A stretch of DNA of 64,000 nucleotides, taken from Styela clava (lineage: Eukaryota). Below the pieces are notes generated by a model that searched no databases, was not told the origin of the DNA, and saw only the letters and a program-made list of their open reading frames with translations. This document shows, piece by piece, positions 12,812 to 24,984 of this stretch (position 1 is its first letter; the number at the start of each line of letters is the position of its first letter). The position numbers and the translations under genes were made by a program. Location: positions 3,844,001 through 3,908,000 of the forward strand of contig NC_135260.1 of NCBI RefSeq assembly GCF_964204865.1, given 5' to 3'.

Positions 12812-14776
12812 ATGGCTGATTTTGAAAAATCCGTAAAGATTACCCACTCATTGAATGTACTTACATCATTTAATGAACTAAAACAATCCAACTGCATTTG
12901 TAACTTCACAATCAAAGTTGGTGACAAATCTTTCAGAGTCCATCGAGACCTGCTTGGCGCAGTATCAAAGTACTTCAAAGGCATGTTTTCGAGTAACATG
13001 GTTGAGGCTCGGAATGGTTTTGTCATTATGAAAGACATCTGTGCTGATGCTGTAGGGCAGTGTGTAGATTTCATGTATACTGGTGAAGCAAATCCATCCA
13101 TGGAATCTGTTGAAAATACTTTGTATGCTTCCAACTTAATGCAGCTTGAAATATTATCAGGTATATGCTTCAATTTCATGAAAAACAATTTGTCAGTGCA
13201 GCATTGCTTTCTCGTGGTCAGGTTGGCAAGACTTTATAATTGCACAGAGCTACAAACCATTTCTGAGCGATTCATTGTGGATAATTTTGAGTCTCTGATT
13301 TTGGGTGAAAATTTTCTACATCTGAGCAAAGAAGAACTCGTATTTTATCTGCAAAAGTTGGATAAAAAACATGGAGTAGTTTGGCATGCTGTGAGAAGTT
13401 GGATTTCAAACAAAGATGAAACAATTGGATCAGAATTAATGGCGACTTTGCATTTTGAAGAGTTTCCTTATAAATTTTTGCTCACTGATCTTCTAAATGA
13501 TTTTTTGGTAGAAAGTTCTCCAGATGCAAAAAGTTTTGTCATCAAGAATTTGCTTTCGAATATTGATGGGTTGAAAGAGAATTTGTCTCTCGACACTTTA
13601 TTTCTTTTGAGGAAGATTAATCGGATCGATAACAAAGTTTGCTCAGAGAATGTGAGAAATATAATCAATGAATTTATGGCTCAGAATTTTGAACAGATTG
13701 TACCGCTGGATGAATTTGTCGAGTTGGAAAAAGATGAAATTTATATCTTGTTCAAATCTCCGGAAACAAAATATTCTTCAGAGAAAATTAAATGGGAAGC
13801 TGCACTGAAATGGGCCAAACAAAGTCGTCGTCATCGGAAAGTTTTTCCAGACTTGTTCGAGTTGATAAAACTTGAGGATTTTCCTGGTGATTTTATTCGA
13901 CAAACAGTCAGAAATGAACCTTTGGTTAAGGATTCGCACAAGTGTAAAGATTTATTGCTTGATGTCTTTGTCAGAGCCCCTGTGACTAAACTGGTGCCAC
14001 ACATTGCTGTCTCAACAGAGACTGACATAAAAACTCTGAATCTCCAAACAAATCAATGGTCTAGTTTGCATTCAGATTATAATGTTGGAATTCATCTTGT
14101 CAATGTTAAGGGACAATTGTATGCTTCAGATGGGAATGAATTGTCTTTGCTACAAGACGGTCGGTGGACTAAGAAGGCTAAGATTGGGAGTAAGAGTGAT
14201 GGATTGGATAAGATTGTTTATCTCAAGGGTGGGATTTATATTATCAACTTAGATCAGCATACAATGCGATATAACATTGCCGAAGACAGATGGGATAAGA
14301 ATTTACCTTCATGTTGTCTTGATTATCGTTTTTGTGCTGCTGCCTCTGATGAGTTTATATATGCGATGGGAGGTTGGTCAACACAAAAAGAAGCAAAAGT
14401 ATACGATCCTGGAACAAAGAAATGGTCTTCCCTGCCACAGATGATTTATGGAACAGCAGATGGAGCAGCAGTCGTTTTTCAAAGTATGGTTTATGTACTG
14501 GGAGGTTGGAATGGAGAGCGCTCCCACAACCTTGTTCAATGTTATAACCCTGTTGTTCGATCATGGGCACAAATTGCAAGTATGAAGATGAATAGAAGTT
14601 GGTTGAGTGCATGTGTTGCTGATAATAAAATGTATGCTATCGGTGGTGCTAGATGTGAAAACCAGACTGAGGATTCTATTGAAACATTCAATGAAGAAAC
14701 TGGTGAATGGGAAATAGTCTGTGAAATGAATTGGCCCGGGGTGGACTGGGTTCATTGCTGTAGCTTTGCTCGATAG
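12812..14776 (+). CDS. K1: kelch-like protein, BTB-BACK-BACK-Kelch, 654 aa, single exon
   Basis: BTB (FTIKVGDKSFRVHRDLLGAVSKYFKGMFSSNMVE..VDFMYTG), two BACK-like segments and kelch blades (IYAMGGW, VYVLGGW, MYAIGG). Open ATG to TAG. Confidence 0.93.
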   Translation: MADFEKSVKITHSLNVLTSFNELKQSNCICNFTIKVGDKSFRVHRDLLGAVSKYFKGMFSSNMVEARNGFVIMKDICADAVGQCVDFMYTGEANPSMESVENTLYASNLMQLEILSGICFNFMKNNLSVQHCFLVVRLARLYNCTELQTISERFIVDNFESLILGENFLHLSKEELVFYLQKLDKKHGVVWHAVRSWISNKDETIGSELMATLHFEEFPYKFLLTDLLNDFLVESSPDAKSFVIKNLLSNIDGLKENLSLDTLFLLRKINRIDNKVCSENVRNIINEFMAQNFEQIVPLDEFVELEKDEIYILFKSPETKYSSEKIKWEAALKWAKQSRRHRKVFPDLFELIKLEDFPGDFIRQTVRNEPLVKDSHKCKDLLLDVFVRAPVTKLVPHIAVSTETDIKTLNLQTNQWSSLHSDYNVGIHLVNVKGQLYASDGNELSLLQDGRWTKKAKIGSKSDGLDKIVYLKGGIYIINLDQHTMRYNIAEDRWDKNLPSCCLDYRFCAAASDEFIYAMGGWSTQKEAKVYDPGTKKWSSLPQMIYGTADGAAVVFQSMVYVLGGWNGERSHNLVQCYNPVVRSWAQIASMKMNRSWLSACVADNKMYAIGGARCENQTEDSIETFNEETGEWEIVCEMNWPGVDWVHCCSFAR

Positions 14777-16379
14777 ATGAGTAGCCAGTGATAAGAGTTG
14801 ATGTCGATAAAATATTCTTGTTTTTTGTAAATAGGCTACTATCTGTATTAAATTTTTTTATTGGGTCATTGGGGGTGATTCAACTTCAAATAATATTCTA
14901 ATATCGATGCGTGATATTACTAGCTGTATCATCAATGATAATTTTTCATTTCATGATGTTTTTAATTTGCTATAAATCTACATAATAAAATTTCCACAAT
15001 TTTATATGAATTCTGGATACAACGTTGTGATGTGATTTAGTTTTCTTTTTTTCATAATTACCAAGAAACTTCAATATCACCCATAATTGCGACTTGGCTC
15101 ACTTGCTATCAATTAGCAAAATTGCTGTTAATAATATAAGTTTACTTTTAAAGAATATTTTAGTCTCAACAGTCAAATCACTTTGTTTTAATTCGTCAGA
15201 GATAACAGTGTTTTTAAAACTAAATTTCCGACTTTACAAACTTAATTAAATATCGAACCTTGGTTGTCGCTTTGGTCCCCACTGCTCCCGCGACTTCCTT
15301 TTCCGGTAAAAATGTTTTTTGAATTTTATTTTTTATCAATTTGTATGTTATCATTTACTGAATGGTAAAAAAAACTTGAGTATGACTATTCTATCTTTAC
15401 TCATTATTTCACGGTTCAGGAAGTCATGATGAAATGCATCGACTAAATACCTAAACTTCTAGGTAAAGATCATCTCATTTAAGTCATTGGTATTGATATA
15501 ACTGTAACAAATCCTTTCTGCACAAAATGTTGGTGTTTTATTTCTTTCTTATCAAGTTTGCACTTTTAGGGTTAAATTACACTACTTATTTTATATATTA
15601 TACACACTTATGTGCATTGTATTTATTGATTTATTTTGCTTGATTTCACTCATATTTTGCAACTAATATGGAATACAGAATTTCAGTTTTTGTGAGGCAT
15701 TTTAATACTAATAATATTTCGAATTCATTTATTATACAGTTCAGTTTCATTTTCTCTCCCTCCATATGCATTTGCATACTCCATTTGTAATATCATAGTT
15801 CATCCAAGTCTGTATTTTGTAAGAAAGAACAATGGATAATTTTTTTCACACTGAAAAATAAGTAATTGTGACAAGTTGGAATTTTTTTGAATGTTTTTGT
15901 AAGTTATTTTCTTTAATTGCTAATCCGAGTTTTTGTATATTTAGCTTTGGTATATATATATTTGATTTATTGCTGTTTTCTTAGTTTTTATTTGTTTTTA
16001 GTTTCTTCTGTACACTGTTGGGGCAAGCTGTGCATCTTCATAACTATATACCGTAATTACCATTCGTAGGAAGCTCAAGTTTCATCGAACTGTTTTTGTA
16101 GCTATTTTCACATATTCTATTTTCCACTGTGATAGCAAGTTGTGCGATTCCTAAATATTCTGGTTTTCTTACATATTTCATTTTGATCTCTGCACTTAAT
16201 ACTTTGTAATTAATTTTTATATTATCATTTTTGGGATTCTCAAGAACCCTTCAAGATTGAATTTCTGACATTTGCACTACAGTTGTTAATACATAGCTGT
16301 TTATTTATTTTGGTGACAGAATAACTGATTTAATCGTGTGAATTTGTTATCGAATGTGAATATATTTATTATTTTTTCG

Positions 16380-16570
16380 ATCTATAGATTAAACCGTAGC
16401 TATGTTAACAGTAATCTGTTCACAAAGACAGCAGTATTGAAATAGATTTGATTATTTAGTGACCCACACTCAAGTTTGTTTAAAACTGATGGCTCGGTAC
16501 TATATGCGACGATTCGATATGATACGCCTGAAGACTTAATATTTACACAGTTGATCTTCAATATATGATA
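16380..16570 (+). repeat. Partial companion module downstream of K1
   Basis: tatagattaaaccgtagctatgttaacagtaatctgttcacaaagacag..agtgacccacactcaagtttg matches the module start at 4690 and 62790. Confidence 0.7.
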
Positions 16571-16644
16571 TCGGAGAGAAGAAAAGTGATAAGCTTATAT
16601 ATGAAAATCTGGGGAAGGAAGAGTTAAAATAAATAGTAAATCTG

Positions 16645-16735
16645 TTGGGTTAGTGACCGAGTAGCTGAAACACTCTACTTAACCATTTCGCATTGTATCA
16701 GCGGGTAAAACCTCAGGCTCAAATCCATCATCCAT
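16645..16735 (+). mobile_element. Possible degenerate tRNA-derived SINE head
   Basis: A-box-like tgaccgagtag and B-box-like ggctcaaatcc; no cloverleaf recognisable. Confidence 0.3.
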
Positions 16736-19039
16736 CGTTGAGTCTGGGCAAATTAACATGTACTAGCTATGTACAAATAGTCCTGACATCTTGCTCTTAG
16801 ACGCCAAAAAGTTGAAAAAATTCCTTGAGAAAGGTTTTTTGAATTTTGTGTTGGAAATGCTGAGATGTTTTTTTAGTTCGGTTGTAAATTTTGATTTTCA
16901 CCGTTAGAATCTGAAATTCTGACTATGAGAAGTTTGAAAATAGGACTCGACAGTTGACAGCCCTGTTTTATATGTATGATATCTTTGACTATCTGAGCTG
17001 GACCATGGCGAAATTGAAAAAAATAGTTAAAAGCGGGTAAATACTCAAACGGAGGCGATTTTCTGAGAACGGAACAATATCAAAAACAGTACTATAACTA
17101 TGGGCAAAACGACGTTGGAAAAAATAAAGGACAACTAGTATCTTTTCTAAATACTAGGAAAGGACAAGTACATGAAAGCTTAATTAAAGGATTGTCCTTT
17201 GAAATAAAGGACGGTTGGCAACCCTAGTACCAGGTTAGGGCTTCGGGTTATGCGACATCTTGGTGCACAAACTTCTTGAGCGCCAAATTACGTGTTTCAC
17301 ATATCATGTGTATTAATCACGCGCAAACGTTCCACCTGTGTTCAGTAAAAGCACTTAAACCCTGAGTCCCGATGCATTCTAGTCTCCAGTCGTTCAACCA
17401 CTAAACCAACTGGTTGTTGACGAGATAACTCGAGTAACTTTGTCAGGGTGAAGGTATGTTTCCACGAAACTCCTCAACACTGCATTCTATAGATAATTAT
17501 TGAATGGCACGGGGGGAACTGCTATAGTTCATTTGTCAGGATAAACTCGCTATTAGAAAGAATCAGACCAGATTAAACTTTTTACTATACGACGCTTGAT
17601 CGCGCTTTTAACTCCGAACAAGGCCTTGTACAGGCAGTCACTGATATCTAACGATTTAAAGAATTTAGGCGACGTTCTGTATATCAAATGGTTTTGATAT
17701 ATAGATGATAATTTATTTTCAAGTCCGCCATGATAAACAACGACACATAGTACTGAAATGCATGAAAATTGAGCAAAACTTCAATAAGGTTTAAAAACAC
17801 CAGACATATAAGTACAACATGAGAAATCTCATATTGTGATATTTAATATATACAAAATCACGATGATATACTCAAGAATCGGGTTTTAAGTTTGTGATCA
17901 TTGTGATAATATACAAATATAATTGAAAAACACGATAATATATAATCTCACTAATATGGCTTTAAGCTTGTGAGCATAGTTAAAAATATACGCCTGTGTT
18001 ATGCACGCAGGAGAAGTAGAAATACGAACAATTAAGTAACAATCACGGACATATATTTCCCCTGTTTGACTATTTTAGCCCAATTTTAGCAAAATTATAC
18101 TTTTAGCTGATCTGTTACAAAAATTGCTTATACGACAAATTGAACCTTATTAAAAAAGTTTGGGTGAAATTTTGTAAATTCAATGTAATATAAAAAACAA
18201 ATCACTCTACGAGTTGCCATTGAAGTCTGTAATTGTAAATTATTTTGAATAACGCAACATTATGTATCGTTCACTGCCCCGCAATCCAGTATAAATTCCC
18301 TCTAAATTACAAAGGTGTTGTTTATTCGGACCACAGCCCCATACACACCCCGTCGCCAGTACTTTTCCATTATGTTCACCTTTGTCCCAGACTGACAAAG
18401 TAAATAAATCGTTCTTTATGTTCAGACGTTTTGTCGATAAGAATAGTCGCCGGACGAAGGATAATGTTTTTATATATTTAGCAATGGGGAGGGAAAGGCC
18501 GATCTTATAATCTCTTTTAGTCCGGCTCATAGTCCAGGTCGGAAGTTCGTCATTCTGAATTATACAATATATTATTTAGTTTAATATTCTAGATAGGCAG
18601 GCTTTTGTTTTTGTACCTGGGCCTTTATAAATAGTTTAAATTTAGAAAATTAAGATCAGTGTTATGGATATTAATTTGTTGGTCGATATTGATAAACAAC
18701 TATACTCTGGCAAACTTCATTTCGTGATTGTGACATTGCAGTGCCGCAGGTTGCACACCCCTTTTCTAAATGATTCAGTGAAATATGATAATAATGGAAT
18801 GCGCTGGCATTGTAGGCTCGGGTGAAACTAGCCCTTTCCAAACAATTTCCAAGAATTCAAGGCACTTGGTATGTGACATCACAATGAACAGTGGTAAGCA
18901 AACTACATATGAAGCGATAGGTGAGCATTCTAGCTAGGCGTTAGAAAATATGAGTCGGGGCCATGATTTGACATTAATATGTTGCAAGTGCGGGAGAATG
19001 GAAAATTGAACTGTATAAATGGTCCGGTGGCAAACATTA

Positions 19040-19680
19040 CTTTTCTCAGAGATGAGCGTTCTTTACTCCTGATTGATTGCACATAATGCACCACCAGACT
19101 TTCAAATAGTTCCAGTAACTCTTAGCATTTCAGTGGTCGCATGTGACATGATTTATAGGTGAGTTTCCTTCACTATTGTGTAAGTGCGTATAATGCACCA
19201 CCAATATTTTAAATATCCCCAATAGCTATTGACATTTGGGTGATTGCCATCCAGTAACTGCGCCTAGAGATTCTGAGATGAGTCCCATTTACTACTGAGT
19301 GAGTGCGCTTAATGTACTACAATAATTCTATATAATTTCTGTAACCCGTTTTCATTTCAGTGTTTGCTCTTTCGCTCAGAAATGAGTCTTATTTACTACT
19401 GAGTGAATTTGCTACACTATAATAATTATAGTTTTCGTAGCTTTCGTAACTCACCACCATAATTCAGAATAAAATCAGTCGATCTCGGCATTTCAGTGGT
19501 CGGTCGTAACGTTGCACACGAATGAGTCTCCTACTGATGAGTGCGCGTAATTCATTTAAAAAAATTTAAATAATTTCTGTAGATCTTGGCGATTGGGTCA
19601 CCAGTTCCATCGGTCGCTTTGCTCTGAAATGAGTCTATTCTACTACTGAGTGAGTGTGTATGATGCACTACTGAACATTG
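19040..19680 (+). repeat. Degenerate ~105-bp tandem array upstream of K2
   Basis: Unit cores (a/g)tgag at about 19052, 19159, 19278, 19382, 19522 and 19629; same consensus as the K1 array. Confidence 0.8.
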
Positions 19681-19774
19681 GTATGCCTGAGAAAAGCCAA
19701 GTTTGCCAATTGTTGAAAAGTCAGCTTTGTCTATAGAAAATGACTAGGTTGAGAAATTAGATTGCAATGTACAG

Positions 19775-20270
19775 CAGGGGTGGCCAACACATCAATCAAC
19801 TCGAAGTTATTGTCTCATTCCAAGAGTAGTGTGATAAATTTTATTCGCATCGGAAGCAATAGCATCAGAATGCCCATATTTTTCTAATTCTAAACAAGTG
19901 AAGAATCGGAGTAGATTTAAATCAGATTCTAAAGTTTGAGCAGTCTTGTAACATTTGTGGTTATGAAATATTGTTTTTGCTGTTTAGATAATACATGAAT
20001 ACTGGGCAAGGATTTTTAAGAAATTTTCGACACATCAACTGGAAAGATTGAAATTAACAAAGTAAATCGGACAGAAAATTCACAAATTAGTGTGATCATT
20101 TCATTAAAAACTTGCCCAGAGAACCGAGCTCATGGGCAGCTGTGGAATTTCATTTGTGCGCATGTGCAGTTATCTGAGTATTCAATACTCGTTCGTTTTG
20201 TGTATTATCGATCGGGAGCTATTTTGACAATTTTAGTCAATTAAGGTCGAGAGCAAGTTAGCCAGCCCTG
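19775..20270. mobile_element. hAT-type MITE in the K2 upstream region
   Basis: TIR caggggtggccaac / gttagccagccctg; TSD atgtacag / gtgtacag. The empty site is visible upstream of K7 (~59425 ggttgcagtgtacatgatagg). Confidence 0.85.
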
Positions 20271-20552
20271 GTGTACAGGATAGGTTTTTGATATTTATCC
20301 CGAAGATAGAAAAGTGCAATCTTATGAAGAATGAAGGTTTGACAATCACCGCAACAGGACATCTTTATCAAAAAGTCTGTTTTGTAACCTTGAATGTTTT
20401 TTCAATCTCTTCTTCTCTTTATTGTATTGCAAAATTGAAATTCTGTCAAACTAATTAATTTACTTAATACAAATATTACACAAGCTAGTTAGACATCTTA
20501 CTGTCATCTACACTTATCATCGAAGCTTTGCCATTTGTGAATCTCTTTCAGG

Positions 20553-23500
20553 ATGGCTGATTTTAAAAAATCTGCAAAGATCAAGACTTTATGATCGTAC
20601 AGAGCTACAAATCATTGCTGAGCGATTTATTGTGGATAATTTTGAGTCTTTGATTTTGGGTGAAGATTTTCTACATTTCAGTGAAGAAAATCTTGTATTT
20701 TATCTGCAAAAGTTGAATAAAAAGCATGAAGTAGTTTGGCATGCTGTGAGAAGATGGATTCTAAACAAAGGTGGAAAGATTGGATCAGAACTGATGGGGA
20801 CTTTGCATTTTGGAGAGTTTTCTTATAACTTTCTGCTCACTGTTCTGCTAAATGATTCTTTGGTAAAAACCTCTCCAGAAGCAAAAAGTTTTGTCATCAA
20901 AAAATTGCTTTCGAATATCGATGGGTTGAGAGAAAATTTGTCTCTCGACACTTTATTCATTCTGAGGAAGATTAATCGTCTTGAAAACAAAGTTGACTCA
21001 GATAATGTCAGAAAAATATTCAATGAATTTATGGCTCAGAGTTTTGAACAGATTGTACCAATGGATGAATTTATTGAATTAGAGCAAGATGAAATTTTCT
21101 TCTTGTTCAAATCTCCGGTAACAAAATATTCTTCAGAGAAAATTAAATGGGAAGCTGCACTGAAATGGGCCAAACGAAGTCGTCGCCATAAGAAATTTTT
21201 TCCAGACTTATTTGAGTTGATAAAACTTCAGGATTTTTCTGATGATTTTATTCAACAAACAGTCAGAAATGAACCTTTAGTTAAAGAGTCGCATGAATGT
21301 AAAGATTTATTGCTTGATATTCATTTTCCCAGAGCTCAGATGGGAATACTTGTCCCACATATTGCTGTCTCGACAAGAACAGGTATAAAGACTCTGAATC
21401 TCCAAACAAATCAATGGTCTAGTTTGCAGTCAGATGATGATGTTGGCATTCATCTTGTCAATGCTGAGGGACGATTGTATGCTTCAGATGGGAATGAATT
21501 ATCTTTGCTGCAGGATGGGCAATGGATTAGGAAGACCAAGGTTAAAAGAAAGAAAGTAAACGATAATACAGTTTATCTCAAGGGTGGGATTTATATTATC
21601 GGCTTTGATCAGCATACAGTGCGTTATGACATTGCCAAAGACAAATGGAATAGGAATTTGCCCCCATGTCTCCTTGATTATGGATTTTGTGCTGCTGCCT
21701 CTGGTGGGTTCTATATGTTCTAATATTTAAGCCCAGAGTATTCTACTACCTACCAGTATATTTATTGTTATTATGTGTAACATATTGTTGTGTTTGGAGT
21801 TAGAAATAAATTAGTAGAGAATAGATGACCACCACTGCCAGCGCGCAGCCGGGATTTTCAAAATCGGAAATTCTCATTGCCGCCTGCAACACCCACCGCG
21901 ATTCCGCGCTTGTTAAAAGAGCCGTCTTGTCAGCGTATAATGATCATTCTGTTACGTAAAATATTCAATCCATGACAACTACGAGATTCTAAAATATCTT
22001 TGTATATTAATTTAATGTGTCCAACATAACTCGCGGTTGCTTCTTCTTACGTCAAAAAAAAACATTACTATTCGGTCCACGGAAATCTGTGACCTAAAAT
22101 TACGAGATAAACTGCTTGATGTATTTAATTTTAATATGTATTTTTGCAATCTTGCCAACTCGTTATTGCCGTTAGAAAAATCTCAAACAATTATATAAAA
22201 TCCTGTTAAGTGTAGAGAATAATTCATTTCATACAATGAATATACATATAAAGTTTAGCAGTAAATTAAAAATACATATTCATCGCCGCGATTATGCCAC
22301 CTGTTAGAAGAGTCGACTTTTACAACAAATAATATAACAACAAATATATATTTTTCTGTTGTGCAAAGTGATGAATTCGTGACCAACACGGGCATATTTA
22401 AAATGTCTTGCTCTTATTAATTTAATTGTCTTCAATTTAAACTGCGGTTGCGTCGACAAAATAAAATCCTCACCACTCTTATATACCATTGCAATCAGCG
22501 GCCATAAAAATAAAAACGTGAGGTAAACTGTCCGATTAAATATTGTTTTTATCCGTATTTTGCGAATTCGGCAAATATTTAGATGTACTTGTTAACAGTG
22601 ACTCCGCTCGATCGAAATGCTCAGAGTAAAATATCTCAGAGTAAAATTTATTTCATCACAATAAAATTGATTGAATATACCTCAGAATAACTATAATATA
22701 ACATTCTCACAACCAGGGAAAAAGTCGTGTTTTAAACCTTGTATCGTGTTAACCCGAAAATATTTGACGGCAATTTAAAGTAAAGGATAATCAGGCAAAT
22801 CCCGCCCTCAGTGACGATACGTTCCTAAACGCTGACCAAACATAATGTGCACACGAAATTTTGTGATTTTCACTGCCTAGAAAAGCGTTTTTTAAATTTT
22901 CGCGGGACTCAATAAAACTTATGTTGTTTACGGTTTTGTTTTCAGTATTTTAAATTGCCGCTTTTCAATCAAAAAGTTGCGTTGTCTTTAGAAACTCGCC
23001 GCCTATGAACGTATTTACCAGATTCACAATTCCGTGCGCATACAAAAATAAAATAAATGTTATCGTTATCGTGGAACAAATTTGTGGAAAATTTTCGTTT
23101 TAGAGAAAATAACACAATCGTAATAGCGTTTACGGGCCTAAATAACACGTTACGCTGATGAGTGATAAAAACAATCGCGCGCAAGTTTCTATCGAGAATG
23201 TTTTCATTCAACGGAAACGTCTTGAAAGCGGCGTCGAAAATGTGTGACGTCACACAAATATCCGATATTCTTATGAACGTGAATTCCGATATTCGAATAA
23301 TGAGATATTCGAATACATTCGAATACTTCATTCGAATTGGCCATCCCTGGTTATAACCCTGTTGTTCGCTCATGGACAGAAATTGCAAAAATGGAGATGA
23401 ATAGATTCAGATTCAGTGCATGTGTTGTTGATAATAAAATGTATGTAGTAGGTGGTGCTAAAGATAAAGGTCTGAATAAGGAATCTATTGAAACATTCAA

Positions 23501-23585
23501 TGAATTATCTGGTGAATGGGAAATAGTCTGTGAAATGGATCGACCTAAGCTGGAATGGGTTTATTGCTGTAGCTATGCTCAATAG
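20553..23585 (+). pseudogene. K2: kelch-like pseudogene (BTB deleted, propeller interrupted)
   Basis: The ATG at 20553 is fused to the BACK region by a 386-bp deletion relative to K1, giving MADFKKSAKIKTL*. Homology breaks at ~21717 and resumes at 23351 (YNPVVRSW..CCSYAQ*) after ~1.6 kb of foreign DNA, with ~190 bp of kelch sequence lost. Confidence 0.9.
21718..23349 (-). mobile_element. Insertion in K2 ending in a hAT-like terminus
   Basis: The right end reads CAGGGATGGCCAATTCGAAT.. on the minus strand, with clustered TTCGAATA subterminal motifs. No matching left TIR or TSD. Confidence 0.6.
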
Positions 23586-23611
23586 ATGTGTAACCATTGG
23601 TTCAAGTTGAA

Positions 23612-24880
23612 AATGCTATATGTTTTGTCGAACAAATTTTGATTATTTGGAAAGGGCTATTGATCAACTAACATTACATGATACTCATGGAGTTAAAAAT
23701 GGGGCAAAACTTCTTTATGGATATGTTATCAAAAGGGCTTTAAAGGTCTTCAAAAGTGAATACTTAAAAAAGGGAGATGATGAAAAAGCAAAAGTTATAG
23801 ATCAATTTTTCAATTTGAATTGGTGTGCTATATTTGGAGATGCTGAAGCGAAATCAATAACCAGCAGACAAAAAAAAAACTAAGAACACCAGAGGATTTA
23901 CCCATAGGAATAATTCAAACTAATATATCAAGAAGGCAAAGGAACCGGACGCCTTGTGCCAAACCTGGTCCCGCCTGGTATTTTGTTTGGTTCAAAAATT
24001 TTGTCCGATGCTGAAGTTCGGATAAAATGTGCAGTCAACGTAGAAAATCAATTTCTATTTCCATCTTTGACTGGAACATGTCAATGGGCCTTATTGCACT
24101 AGTTAGTACAATTGCAAAATCTGCTGGTGTGACATCAAACTTGGCGGCTACTAAAATGAGGCACAGAGTGTCGACGTTGTTTGCAAATTTGGATGTACAT
24201 GAGCCCCAAAGAGCTATTTTTTATGAACATATGGGACACAGTGCGGACATGAATTCTATGGTTTATCAATGTCCGAAGGCAGTTCAAGAAGTTACAACAG
24301 TTGAAAAGTATCTATCTGGCATTGATGGCGAACAATCTGGTGAAGTCATAGCAGGTACTCATTACAATAAAAGCACATAATTTCTTACATTCAACAAGGA
24401 AAAGCCTCAGATTGAAGCTCAATTCCATGTGACAATCTTTCTTTGTGGGTTTCGTGTGTATCGTTTGAGATCATATTGTAATTTGATTTTTTGTGTCTTC
24501 TTATTGTATTATTTATTACACGCCGGAAGAGTTGTTTAGTTTAAATCAATTAGATCTCACACATTAAAGATTCATGCTTTTTTTCGATTTGTTTAAAAAC
24601 AATTCAATGTAAATGGACCGCATTCAATTGTATTCAAAAGTCGGTAACTATATTTTTATTTTTCAGTTTTTAGATTAAAACTTGTTGTATTTAGAATCTC
24701 ATGTCGTACAAGACAACATGACTTCAAGTCCATCGCATACTGGTGAGAAGAATAAAGAAACAATACTGAGTTCAAAAGATGAAGACTCTGAATATGAATC
24801 CAAGTGTATCAGCGATGATGAAGTTAGTGAAGAAGAGGCATATCTTCTCAGGAGGAAAAAGCTAAAATATGGGAGTAAGC
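23612..24880 (+). pseudogene. Relic of a tyrosine-recombinase (Crypton-like) element gene
   Basis: Fragments NFDYLERAIDQLT..VKNGAKL and LAATKMRHRVST..FYEHMGHSADMNSMVYQCP (the R..HMGH..Y catalytic tail of tyrosine recombinases). Broken by frameshifts and deletion; a possible further exon lies at 24700-24875. Confidence 0.65.
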
Positions 24881-24984
24881 ATTCTATTTGTATATCGTCT
24901 GTTTGTTTATCATTTCACATAGTTAGTTAGTTATCAGTGCTGCATTCATATTCGTTCAGTTATTTATATATGACCCTCTTATTT

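Noticed and set aside
12812-14776. Assigning a KEAP1 or specific KLHL gene symbol
   Set aside because: No diagnostic orthology visible; the double BACK and degenerate blades point to a lineage-specific family.
17350-17415. tRNA gene on the minus strand (A-box-like tggtttagtgg)
   Set aside because: No convincing B box or cloverleaf; at most a decayed SINE head.
19040-19680. CRISPR-like reading of the ~105-bp periodic array
   Set aside because: Eukaryotic context, no cas genes, repeats not identical and inter-core sequences homologous to each other rather than unique spacers.
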